DNA from: Frankiales bacterium
Lineage (GTDB): Bacteria; Actinomycetota; Actinomycetes; Mycobacteriales; SCTD01
Assembly: GCA_025465465.1 (NCBI GenBank)
Contig: JAODND010000036.1
Location: forward strand, 5,145 to 69,144
DNA: 64,000 nt
Reading direction: 5' to 3'
The notes below the pieces were generated by a model. The model was not told where the DNA came from. It searched no databases and was given only the letters and a program-made list of their open reading frames with translations. Positions 17,407 to 27,870 of this stretch are shown here, piece after piece (position 1 is the first letter of the stretch; every line of letters starts with the position of its first letter). Made by a program: the position numbers and the translations under genes.

Positions 17407-19216
17407 CCTGCCCAGCCGGGTGAGCGGCCTGGCGCTGATCACGGTGGTGCTCCTCGCACCCGCCTTCATGAACGTGCCCCAGACCGCCATCGTCACCTCT
17501 GCCAGCTGCGTCGCCCTCGTCGCGCTCGGGCTCGACGTCCTCGTCGGCTCGACGGGCCAGCTCTCGCTGGCCCATGCGGCGCTGTTCGGTGTCGGCTGCT
17601 TCAGCGCCCTGGGCCTGGGCACCCACGGCGCACCCTGGCTGCTGGCCTTTGCGGGTGCGGCCGCGATGACCAGCCTGACTGCCGTGGTGGTGGGCCTGCC
17701 AGCTCTGCGCATCCGGGGTCTCCAGGTCGCGATCGCGTCGCTCGCGTTCCAGCAGTTCGCACAGCAGATCCCCAACAAGTGGGACCAGGTCAAGTTCGTC
17801 GGCAAGACCTTCGACCCGCCCAGCTACCTCGCCGGCGTCACGTCCCAGTACTACCTCGGCGTCGCTCTCGTCGTCGGGGTGCTGCTCGTGCTCGCCGGCC
17901 TTCGTCGTACCCGGGGTGGCCGTTCGTTGCTCGCCGTCCGGGACGTCGAGCAACGCGCCGTCGCGTTCGGAGTCGCGACCGGCCGGACGAAGCTGTTCGC
18001 ATATGCCGTGAGCGGCGCCATCACCGGGCTCGGAGGCGCGCTGTTCGCGCTGCAGCAGACCAGCGTGAGCGACACCCAGCCGTTCATCCTGCGTGAGTCG
18101 CTCCTTCTCGTCGCCATCGTCGTCGTCGGGGGCGCGCGCTCGCCGATCGGCATCCTGATAGCCGCGTTCGCGACCAAGGCCGTGCCAGGGCTGCTCGCCC
18201 CGCAGTTCGGCTCGGGCATTCAGCTGCTGATCCCCGTGATCCTGGCAGGCGTTCTCGTGCTGTCGGTCGTGCTCCAGCCGGAGGGCATCGGTGGGGTCCT
18301 GCGCGGCCTGCGCGACGAGCTCGGCGCCGTGACCGAGCGCCCGGTGCCGCGCCCCCTCGCCACCGATCCGGTGCTTGCTGCCGCGCGAGCCCGCTCGCTG
18401 CGTGAGGTGCCGCGCCCCCTGACCCAGCGGCTGCCCGTGCCCGCGCTGCTCGTCGCGAGCCAGGTGTCCGTCCGCTACGGCGGGGTCGTCGCGCTCGCCG
18501 ACGTCGACCTCGAGGTCAGGCGCAACGAGATCGTCGGGCTGATCGGGGCCAACGGCGCCGGCAAGTCGACGTTGTTCAACGCCGTCTCCGGCCTGGCCCC
18601 GACGACCGGCTCGATCACCTACCGCGGCCGCGAGCTCCTCACCGCACCCGCGGCCGGTCGCTCCGCGCGCGGCGTCGCACGGACCTTCCAGGACATGGGC
18701 CTGGTCCGGGCGGAGACCGTCCGCGAAAACGTGCTGCTCGCCCAGGGCTGGATGGCGCAGTATCCCGCTGTCACCGGCATGCTGGCTCTCGGCGCCGCCG
18801 TCTCGACGGAGCGCGAGCTGCGACATCGCGCCGACCAGGCCCTCGAGCTGTTCGGTCTGGAGCACCTGGCCGACGAGCGGCTGGGCGACCTGCCGTACGG
18901 GACGATGCGGATCGTCGAGATCGCCGCGGCCGTCGCGTCGGGACCCGACCTGCTGATGCTCGACGAGGCGTCCGCAGGCCTCACGCCGGAGGAGGCGCAC
19001 GCCCTCGGGGACCGCTTCCGGGCACTGCGCGACGAGCTCGGCCTCACGCTCGTCGTGATCGAGCACCATGTGCCCCTCATCGCCGACACCTGCGACTACT
19101 GCTATTGCCTCGAGTCCGGTGCCCTCATCGCCGAGGGCACGCCGGCGCAGGTCACCGCGCAACCCCGCGTGGTGGAGAGCTTCCTCGGCCGCGGCACCCT
19201 GGAGCCGGTGGGATGA
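17393..19216 (+). CDS. fused branched-chain amino acid ABC transporter permease (LivM-like) / ATP-binding protein (LivG-like)
   Basis: One continuous frame. The N-terminal ~330 aa are polytopic. A Pro/Arg linker follows, then Walker A (GANGAGKST), the signature region and Walker B (LLMLDEASAGL). The GTG at 17393 overlaps the livH-like 3' end. Confidence 0.85.
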   Translation: MSRRDLPSRVSGLALITVVLLAPAFMNVPQTAIVTSASCVALVALGLDVLVGSTGQLSLAHAALFGVGCFSALGLGTHGAPWLLAFAGAAAMTSLTAVVVGLPALRIRGLQVAIASLAFQQFAQQIPNKWDQVKFVGKTFDPPSYLAGVTSQYYLGVALVVGVLLVLAGLRRTRGGRSLLAVRDVEQRAVAFGVATGRTKLFAYAVSGAITGLGGALFALQQTSVSDTQPFILRESLLLVAIVVVGGARSPIGILIAAFATKAVPGLLAPQFGSGIQLLIPVILAGVLVLSVVLQPEGIGGVLRGLRDELGAVTERPVPRPLATDPVLAAARARSLREVPRPLTQRLPVPALLVASQVSVRYGGVVALADVDLEVRRNEIVGLIGANGAGKSTLFNAVSGLAPTTGSITYRGRELLTAPAAGRSARGVARTFQDMGLVRAETVRENVLLAQGWMAQYPAVTGMLALGAAVSTERELRHRADQALELFGLEHLADERLGDLPYGTMRIVEIAAAVASGPDLLMLDEASAGLTPEEAHALGDRFRALRDELGLTLVVIEHHVPLIADTCDYCYCLESGALIAEGTPAQVTAQPRVVESFLGRGTLEPVG

Positions 19217-19932
19217 CGCTGCTCGAGGTGCGCGACCTCTGCTCCGGATACGGCTCCCTGCAGGTCCTGTTCGGTGTCTCCCTGGAGGTCGGTGAGGGCG
19301 AGGTCGTCGCGTTGATGGGCTCCAACGGCGCCGGCAAGACCACCACCCTGCGCACCGTCACCGGGTTGCTCAGGGCGATGTCCGGCACGGTGCACCTCGA
19401 CGGTCGCCCCGTCACCGGCACCACGCCCGAGCGGCTCGTGTCCGCCGGCGTGGTGATGGTGCCCGAGGGCCGCGGCATGCTGCGCGACCTCACCGTTGCG
19501 GAGAACCTCGCCGTCGGGGCCTACTCCGTCACCGACAAGCTGCAGGTCGGGGCGTCCCTCGACCGGGTCTACGCCACCTTCCCGATCCTTCACGAGCGGC
19601 GCGAGCAGAAGGCCGGCACCCTCTCCGGCGGCCAGCAGCAGATGCTGGCCCTCGGCCGGGCACTGATGGCGTCGCCCCGGCTGATGCTCGTCGACGAGGC
19701 CTCACTCGGCCTCTCACCTGTCATGACCGAGCGGGCCTTCAGCCTCATCGCCGAGGTCAACCGCACCCTCGGGGTCGCGGTGCTCATCGTCGAGCAGAAC
19801 GTGCTGGCCCTCGATCTGGCCGACCGGGCCTATGTCCTCGAGAAGGGCCAGGTGGTCGCGTCCGCCGAGGGCGACGCGGTCCGCACCATGCAGGGCCGGC
19901 TCCGGACCGCCTACCTCGGGACCGCGGTATGA
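19213..19932 (+). CDS. branched-chain amino acid ABC transporter ATP-binding protein (LivF-like)
   Basis: ATG at 19213 overlaps the upstream TGA. It has Walker A (GSNGAGKTT), the signature LSGGQQQML and Walker B (LMLVDEAS). Confidence 0.9.
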   Translation: MTLLEVRDLCSGYGSLQVLFGVSLEVGEGEVVALMGSNGAGKTTTLRTVTGLLRAMSGTVHLDGRPVTGTTPERLVSAGVVMVPEGRGMLRDLTVAENLAVGAYSVTDKLQVGASLDRVYATFPILHERREQKAGTLSGGQQQMLALGRALMASPRLMLVDEASLGLSPVMTERAFSLIAEVNRTLGVAVLIVEQNVLALDLADRAYVLEKGQVVASAEGDAVRTMQGRLRTAYLGTAV

Positions 19933-20381
19933 CCCTTCCCGGGATCGTCGCGTCCTGCTTCGCCTTCGTCGTCTTCGGGCTGCTCGCCCTCCCACTCCTG
20001 CTCGGCTTCCTCGCCGGGCTCCGTCCGTCCGGAGGACAGATGAACACCTCGCGCACCCGTCTCTGGGTCGGCCTCGGCGTGCTGCTCCTGGCAGCCGTCG
20101 CCGGCGGTGTCGGCTGGTACCGCATCTCCGGCGAGCCGCTGCTCAACCGGCAGCTCCCGTTCCTCGCCAGCGCCGGGATCGTCGTGGTGCTGCTGTCCGT
20201 GCTCGGCGGCAGCCTGATCATCAGCGAGCAGCTCCGCGGCGACCAGACGCGCATCGTCGAGCTCGAGAACGCTGTCCGTGACCTCACCGAGGCACTCGCG
20301 CCGATGGTCGAGCTGCCACCCCGGACGGGCGACGAGGTCAGCGCCCAGCGAGTGCGTTCCGGCGGCGCACGCAGTAGCTGA
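19929..20381 (+). CDS. membrane protein of unknown function, translationally coupled to livF-like
   Basis: ATGA overlap with the upstream gene. It has three hydrophobic helices followed by a short helical segment (IVELENAVRDLTEAL). Confidence 0.5.
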   Translation: MTLPGIVASCFAFVVFGLLALPLLLGFLAGLRPSGGQMNTSRTRLWVGLGVLLLAAVAGGVGWYRISGEPLLNRQLPFLASAGIVVVLLSVLGGSLIISEQLRGDQTRIVELENAVRDLTEALAPMVELPPRTGDEVSAQRVRSGGARSS

Positions 20382-20574
20382 CGCCCACGAGACCGAGGAT
20401 GGTCCCGGCGGCGCACATCTCGATCCACCAGTCGTGCACGTCCCGCCCGGCCAGGCTCAGGACCAGGACCACGACAAGTGCGACGAACCAGGCCGCAGTA
20501 CCCGCCGCGATGATGGCGACGTCGTCGGTCTCCAGGGGAGGCGGATCGGGTCGGCGCGGAGACACGAGGTGCAC
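20338..20574 (-). CDS. DUF2530-like small membrane protein
   Basis: 78 aa with two TM helices (IIAAGTAAWFVALVVVLVL; AAGTILGLVGVSY), typical of this actinobacterial family. Confidence 0.55.
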   Translation of the reverse strand: MHLVSPRRPDPPPLETDDVAIIAAGTAAWFVALVVVLVLSLAGRDVHDWWIEMCAAGTILGLVGVSYCVRRRNALAGR

Positions 20575-20615
20575 GTTAACGCCTTCGACTCAACTGTCTG
20601 GCACCCTGCGGGCTC

Positions 20616-22025
20616 ATGACGACAGCTGAGACCACCACCCCAGCCCTTCTCGAGCGCATCTTTGCCATCTCGGCCCGCGGCTCCTCGGTGCAGCGCGAGA
20701 TTCGCGGCGGCTTCGCGACGTTCTTCACGATGGCCTACATCGTGGTCCTGAACCCCATCATCCTGGGCAGCGGCGTCGACAAGTACGGGCACCACCTCTC
20801 CGTCGCGCAGCTCACCACCTCGACCGCGCTGGTCGCGGCGGTGATGACCGCCATCATGGGGCTGGTCGGCAACCTGCCGCTGGCGATCGCGACCGGTCTC
20901 GGCCTCAACAGCCTCGTCGCGTTCACGATCGCGCCGACCATGTCGTGGCCCGACGCGATGGGGCTTGTCATCATCGAGGGGCTCGGGATCGTGATCCTCG
21001 TCGCGACCGGTCTGCGGGAGACCATCCTCAACGCGATCCCGATGGCGCTGAAGCAGGCGATCAGCGTCGGCATCGGCTTGTTCATCGCCTTCATCGGCCT
21101 GGTCGACTCCGGCTTCGTCACGACGCCGAAGGGCGCGGCCGTGCCGGTGCAGCTCGGCTCGGTCGGACGCCTCAACGGCTGGCCCGTGGTGGTCTTCGCC
21201 TTCGGGCTGCTGCTCATCCTGGTGCTGATGATCCGCAAGGTCCGGGGCGCGATCCTGCTCGGGATCATCGGCGCGACGATCCTCGCCGTCGTCATCAACG
21301 AGGTCGCGACGGTCAAGAACTGGGGCCTCACGACGCCGAAGATCCCGGACAAGATCGTCGGCAAGCCTGACTTCGGCCTGCTCGGCCACTTCTCGATCGG
21401 CGGCGGCTTCGCGCACGCCGGCATCGTCACCGCGGTGATCTTCGTGTTCACCCTGATCCTGTCGGACTTCTTCGACGCGATGGGCACGATCATCGGCATC
21501 AGCAACGAGGCGGGACTGCTCACCGAGGACGGCAAGCTGCCCGGCATCGGCAAGGTGCTGCTGGTCGACGGCGTCGCAGCGGTCGCTGGCGGGGCGGCGT
21601 CGACGTCGTCCAACACCTGCTTCATCGAGTCCGCGTCGGGCGTCGGCGAGGGGGCGCGCACCGGCCTGGCCAACCTGGTGACCGCCGGCTTGTTCGTCAT
21701 CGCGTTGTTCCTCACGCCGCTCACGACGATCGTGCCGTCGCAGGCCGCCACCCCGGCCCTCGTGGTGGTCGGCTTCCTGCTCCTCACCCAGGTCAAGGAC
21801 ATCCCCTGGGACGACTGGGAGATCGCGATCCCCGCGTTCCTCACCATCGTCCTCATGCCGTTCACGTACTCGATCACGAACGGCATCGGTGCCGGCTTCA
21901 TCGCCTACGTCGTGCTCAAGGCCGCGTCCGGCAGGGTCCGGGACCCGGGCGTGCTGCTCTGGATCATCGCGGTGCTCTTCGCGGTGTACTTCGCGATCGA
22001 CCCGATCCAACGTGCCCTGACCTGA
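20616..22025 (+). CDS. NCS2 family purine permease (AzgA/PbuG-like adenine/guanine/hypoxanthine permease)
   Basis: 469 aa. The N-terminal ...REIRGGFATFFTMAYIVVLNPIIL... is a hallmark of the AzgA subfamily. Confidence 0.9.
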   Translation: MTTAETTTPALLERIFAISARGSSVQREIRGGFATFFTMAYIVVLNPIILGSGVDKYGHHLSVAQLTTSTALVAAVMTAIMGLVGNLPLAIATGLGLNSLVAFTIAPTMSWPDAMGLVIIEGLGIVILVATGLRETILNAIPMALKQAISVGIGLFIAFIGLVDSGFVTTPKGAAVPVQLGSVGRLNGWPVVVFAFGLLLILVLMIRKVRGAILLGIIGATILAVVINEVATVKNWGLTTPKIPDKIVGKPDFGLLGHFSIGGGFAHAGIVTAVIFVFTLILSDFFDAMGTIIGISNEAGLLTEDGKLPGIGKVLLVDGVAAVAGGAASTSSNTCFIESASGVGEGARTGLANLVTAGLFVIALFLTPLTTIVPSQAATPALVVVGFLLLTQVKDIPWDDWEIAIPAFLTIVLMPFTYSITNGIGAGFIAYVVLKAASGRVRDPGVLLWIIAVLFAVYFAIDPIQRALT

Positions 22026-22026
22026 C

Positions 22027-22485
22027 TTGTCGTTAGCATGGGTAATGACCTATGCTAACGAGGTGCCCGCTGACACCGTTCTCGCCTCCGAGCTGCGGAC
22101 GACCGTCATGCGACTGGCCCGCCGGTTGCGCAACCAGCGCACCGACGACTCGCTGTCACTGAGCCAGATCGCCACGCTCGGCACGCTGTCCCGGCACGGC
22201 GCCCTGACGCCCAGCGAGCTGGCCGCGCACGAGCGGGTCCAGCCGCCGTCGATGACGCGGCTCCTCGCGAAGCTCGAGGAGGCGGGGCTCGTCTCGCGCA
22301 CCGATCACCCGACGGACGGCCGCCAGGTGCTTGTCGCGGTGAGCGACAAGGGCCTGGCGATGATCAAGGCCGACCGTCGGCGTCGCGACGCCTGGCTCGC
22401 TCAGCGGATGCGCGACCTGCCGACCGAGGACGTCGCCGTGCTGCACCGCGCATCGGAGATCCTGGGGAGGATCGCCGAGGGATGA
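22027..22485 (+). CDS. MarR family transcriptional regulator
   Basis: The winged-helix region is LSLSQIATLGTLSRHGALTPSELAAHERVQPPSMTRLLAKLEEAGLV. The start is uncertain (TTG 22027, ATG 22045 or GTG 22063). I favour a leaderless GTG at 22063. Confidence 0.85.
   Translation: MSLAWVMTYANEVPADTVLASELRTTVMRLARRLRNQRTDDSLSLSQIATLGTLSRHGALTPSELAAHERVQPPSMTRLLAKLEEAGLVSRTDHPTDGRQVLVAVSDKGLAMIKADRRRRDAWLAQRMRDLPTEDVAVLHRASEILGRIAEG
22030..22061. promoter_or_regulatory. putative MarR operator: 10-bp perfect inverted repeat TCGTTAGCAT-N12-ATGCTAACGA overlapping -35/-10-like hexamers
   Basis: The arms are at 22030..22039 and 22052..22061. TTGTCG (22027..22032) and TATGCT (22051..22056) are spaced 18 nt apart. 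An in-frame GTG at 22063 lies 6 nt after the -10. Confidence 0.5.
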
Positions 22486-23759
22486 GTCCGACGTTCCGCT
22501 CCCTGAGGGTCCGCAACTACCGCCTCTTCGCGACCGGTCAGGTGATCAGCCTCACCGGCACCTGGGCGCAGCGGGTGGCGCAGGACTGGCTGGTCCTCGT
22601 CGTGTCGCACAACAGCGGCACCGCCCTGGGGATCACGACCGCGCTGCAGTTCCTCCCCATGCTGCTGTTCGGCCTGTACGGCGGGGTGCTGGCAGATCGC
22701 CACGACAAGCGCGCCCTGCTCGTCGGCACCCAGGCCGCCATGGGGGTGCTCGCCCTCGTCCTCGGGCTGCTGACCCTGAGCGGGGACGTGCAGCTGTGGC
22801 ACGTGTACCTGCTGGCCGCCGGACTCGGCCTCGCGAGCTGCATCGACATCCCCACGCGACAGGCGTTCGTCAGCGAGCTGGTCGGCGCCGACGAGCTGCC
22901 CAACGCGGTCAGCCTCAACAGCGCCACGTTCAACTCCGCCCGCATCGTCGGTCCAGCAGTCGCCGGCGTCGCCATCAGCGGGGTCGGCACGGGATGGGTG
23001 TTCCTGGGCAACGCCGTCAGCTACGTCGCGGTCCTCGCGGGGCTGCTCATGATGCGGCGCGGCGAGCTGTTCGCGACCACCCGCCAGGCGCGCTCGCCAG
23101 GACAGCTCATGGAGGGGCTGCGCTATGTGCGCACCCGCCCGCGCATGTACGTCCCGATCCTGCTGGTCTTCATGGTCGGCACCTTCGGTCTGAACTTCCA
23201 GATCACCCTGTCGCTCATCGCCCGGGCCACGTTCCACGCCGATGCCGGCTCGTTCGGGCTGCTCAGCTCGGCGCTCGCCGGCGGGTCGCTGATCGGGGCG
23301 CTGGGCAGCGCCCGCCGCGCCGGGCTACCCCGGATCCGGACGATGCTGGTCGCGGCACTCGCCTTCGGGGTGCTCGAGATCGTCGACGGGTTCGCCCCGT
23401 CCTTCTGGGTGCTCGCCGTCCTGCTCGTGCCCACCGGCGCTGCCGTGCTGACGTTCACGACGACGGCCAACGCGATCGTGCAGCTCGGTGCCGAACCTCA
23501 GGTTCGCGGCCGCGTGATGGCGCTCTACCTGACGGTCTTCATCGGAGGCACCCCGATCGGTGCCCCGCTGCTCGGGCTGCTGGCCGAGCACATCGGCCCG
23601 CGCAGCAGCCTCTGGATCGGCGGCGTCGTCTGCACTCTCAGTGCGGTCGCCGCAGCCGCGTTCTTCGCTCGACGAGGTGGGTTTGCCGTGCAGCCGCACC
23701 TGCTGCGGAGGCACCCTCACGTGCACGTGCGCTCGACGTCGGATCCCGTCGTTCGTTGA
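22482..23759 (+). CDS. MFS transporter (EntS/MFS_3-like)
   Basis: 425-aa polytopic ORF with an ATGA overlap onto marR. The N-terminus FRSLRVRNYRLFATGQVISLTGTW is typical of the family. Confidence 0.85.
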   Translation: MSPTFRSLRVRNYRLFATGQVISLTGTWAQRVAQDWLVLVVSHNSGTALGITTALQFLPMLLFGLYGGVLADRHDKRALLVGTQAAMGVLALVLGLLTLSGDVQLWHVYLLAAGLGLASCIDIPTRQAFVSELVGADELPNAVSLNSATFNSARIVGPAVAGVAISGVGTGWVFLGNAVSYVAVLAGLLMMRRGELFATTRQARSPGQLMEGLRYVRTRPRMYVPILLVFMVGTFGLNFQITLSLIARATFHADAGSFGLLSSALAGGSLIGALGSARRAGLPRIRTMLVAALAFGVLEIVDGFAPSFWVLAVLLVPTGAAVLTFTTTANAIVQLGAEPQVRGRVMALYLTVFIGGTPIGAPLLGLLAEHIGPRSSLWIGGVVCTLSAVAAAAFFARRGGFAVQPHLLRRHPHVHVRSTSDPVVR

Positions 23760-23778
23760 GCCGGGCGAACGTCTCGCT

Positions 23779-24543
23779 CTAGAACAGGTAGCGGGGTGCG
23801 GTCATGCGCATGACCGAGTAGTTGCGGTCGCCCTGCGCGTTGTACTGCTCGATGAGGGCCGAGCCGTCGGAGTAGACAGCTGCCACGTAGCCGACATGTC
23901 CGTACTGGCCTGCCGTGAAGCGTCCCTGTCCGCCGCCGACCCAGACGGTGCTGCTCTCGCCGGCGTTCCACTGCGCGATGGCACCGACGTGCGGGGTGGT
24001 GGAGATGCGAACGCCTTGGGTGCGGGCGGCGTCGTCCCAGTGGAAGGCGCTGCCCCAGTTCTGCGTCCCGTTGTCCAACGGGTGGCCGTTGCGGGCGAGG
24101 CGCCAGGCGGCGAAGCTCACGCACTGGCGCTCCGTGAACCCCCACTTGTCATTGGCGTTGGTGGTCGCGCCGGCGTAGGGGTAGTCGTTGCCGGTGTGGA
24201 CCGCCGGGGTGGTGCTGGCCGGCTTGGGGGCGGGCTTCGAAACGGACTGCTCAGCGGGCTTGGCGACGGGCTTGGCGACAGACTCGGTGACCGCGGGGCG
24301 CCGGGTGGTCGTGGCGTGGCGCGCCGGGGCAGCCACGTGGTGCACGGCGGTGGGCTTGGGCTTGGCAGCGGCGTGCTTGGGGGCGACGGCCGCGTCGGCC
24401 ACGACCTGAGGGGCCGTCGCCACGGGGGTGTGCACGGGGCTGGCGGCAGCGGCAGACGGGCCGGACGCGGTCAGGAGGCCGAGGGCGGTCGCAGGCACCG
24501 TGGCGATGATCGCGAGGGCGAGAATCGAGCGGCTGGGACGCAC
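23779..24543 (-). CDS. secreted CHAP-domain peptidoglycan hydrolase
   Basis: It has a signal peptide, an Ala/Pro/Lys-rich repeat region, then a CHAP core (FTERQCVSFAAWRL...GHVGYVAAV). GAGGAG lies 9 nt upstream of the GTG start. Confidence 0.85.
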   Translation of the reverse strand: MRPSRSILALAIIATVPATALGLLTASGPSAAAASPVHTPVATAPQVVADAAVAPKHAAAKPKPTAVHHVAAPARHATTTRRPAVTESVAKPVAKPAEQSVSKPAPKPASTTPAVHTGNDYPYAGATTNANDKWGFTERQCVSFAAWRLARNGHPLDNGTQNWGSAFHWDDAARTQGVRISTTPHVGAIAQWNAGESSTVWVGGGQGRFTAGQYGHVGYVAAVYSDGSALIEQYNAQGDRNYSVMRMTAPRYLF

Positions 24544-24727
24544 GGGGGTGTCTCCTCATCAGGCTGGTCACCGTCTAGTTCGACATGACCAATGCATTGC
24601 TTGAGGAAACGACGTGCTGACTACTCGGTGACGGCTAGTGAGATGCGACTTCGCTTGGTAGTCAAGGGAAGGCGACTTTGTCAGGATACATCCGGTGCCA
24701 CGAACGGGTGAGCCTCGAGAGGACTAG

Positions 24728-24880
24728 TCATCGCCGATGGCGACGGAGCCTTCCCAAAGTGCCTGGTCTCGCGGCCGAGACGAGGCAGGCGAGGCACAAC
24801 AGGCTGAGGGGCACCGACAGGCAGACCAGGAGAACCTGGACAGAGGTCGCCAACCCGCCCAGATGCGTGAAGACCGGCAC
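24728..24880 (-). CDS. possible small hydrophobic protein downstream of serC (start uncertain)
   Basis: The frame is open from 24946 to the stop at 24730..24728 and has very high GC3. It reads [56 protein letters not shown].... The first canonical start is GTG 24880 (50 aa). A CTG at 24946 would give 72 aa. Confidence 0.3.
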   Translation of the reverse strand: MPVFTHLGGLATSVQVLLVCLSVPLSLLCLACLVSAARPGTLGRLRRHRR

Positions 24881-24942
24881 GAGGAAGAGCAGGAGGAACG
24901 CGGCCAGCGCGGCGTTGACGACCCGCGGGACCCAGGCCTGGT

Positions 24943-27167
<2,225 letters not shown>

Positions 27168-27243
27168 CGGTTGCGGCTCCCTGCTTGTGTCGGTCACCCC
27201 ATTCTGCCGTGTCGCGAATCCGGCGGTGCGAGAGGCTGCTCCG

Positions 27244-27870
27244 GTGACCGACCTTGCCGCCCTCCGCCGCGAGTACAGCCGCGCCGGGCTCTCCGAAGCT
27301 GACCTCGCCCCCAGCTGGCACGACCAGCTGGACCGCTGGCTGGGCGACGCAGCGCCAGTGCGCGAGTTCAACGCGATGGTCGTCTCCACCGTCTCCTCCG
27401 ACGGCCGTCCCAGCTCGCGCAACGTGCTGCTCAAGGGTGCCGACGCGCGTGGCCTCGTCTTCTTCACCAATCTCGGCTCGCGCAAGGCGTCCGAGGCGCT
27501 CGGTCAGTCGTGGGTCTCGCTCTGCCTGCCCTGGGTCGAGCTCGAGCGACAGGTGTGCGTGGAGGGAACCGTCAGCGAGGTGTCACGCGAGGAGTCGCAG
27601 GCCTACTGGGCGAGCCGCCCGCGCGGCTCGCAGCTCGGGGCCTGGGCCTCACGTCAGTCGGCTGTCGTCACCCGGGAGGAGCTCGACGCGCGGATGGCCG
27701 CCGTAGAGGAGCGGTTCCCGTCTGCCGTACCCCTTCCGGAGTTCTGGGGCGGGCTGCGGGTGGCACCGGTGTCGGTGGAGTTCTGGCAGGGCAGGGCGTC
27801 CCGCTTGCACGACCGGCTGCGATACCGGCTGTCAGGCAAGGATTGGGTGGTCGAGAGACTGTCCCCGTGA
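27244..27870 (+). CDS. pdxH: pyridoxamine 5'-phosphate oxidase
   Basis: GTG at 27244 gives ...LAALRREY...NAMVVSTV..GRPSSRNVLLKG..GLVFFTN..SRK...EFWQGR.SRLHDRLRY. Confidence 0.9.
   Translation: MTDLAALRREYSRAGLSEADLAPSWHDQLDRWLGDAAPVREFNAMVVSTVSSDGRPSSRNVLLKGADARGLVFFTNLGSRKASEALGQSWVSLCLPWVELERQVCVEGTVSEVSREESQAYWASRPRGSQLGAWASRQSAVVTREELDARMAAVEERFPSAVPLPEFWGGLRVAPVSVEFWQGRASRLHDRLRYRLSGKDWVVERLSP

Noticed and set aside
17393-19216. The LivM-LivG fusion as a possible frameshift or pseudogene artefact
   Set aside because: A single uninterrupted frame carries both intact halves, with a plausible linker. No internal stop or frame change is needed.
20575-20615. Purine riboswitch upstream of the NCS2 purine permease
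   Set aside because: The divergent intergenic region is only 41 nt, too short for a purine aptamer plus expression platform.
24544-24727. Possible c-di-AMP (ydaO-type) riboswitch upstream of the CHAP cell-wall hydrolase gene
   Set aside because: The class is known upstream of actinobacterial cell-wall hydrolase genes. However, I could not find its conserved blocks (GGGGA/CCCA, GGGGUGAAUC, CCCGAA...AGCUNACCUCG) on the mRNA strand. An Infernal scan would be needed to revisit this.
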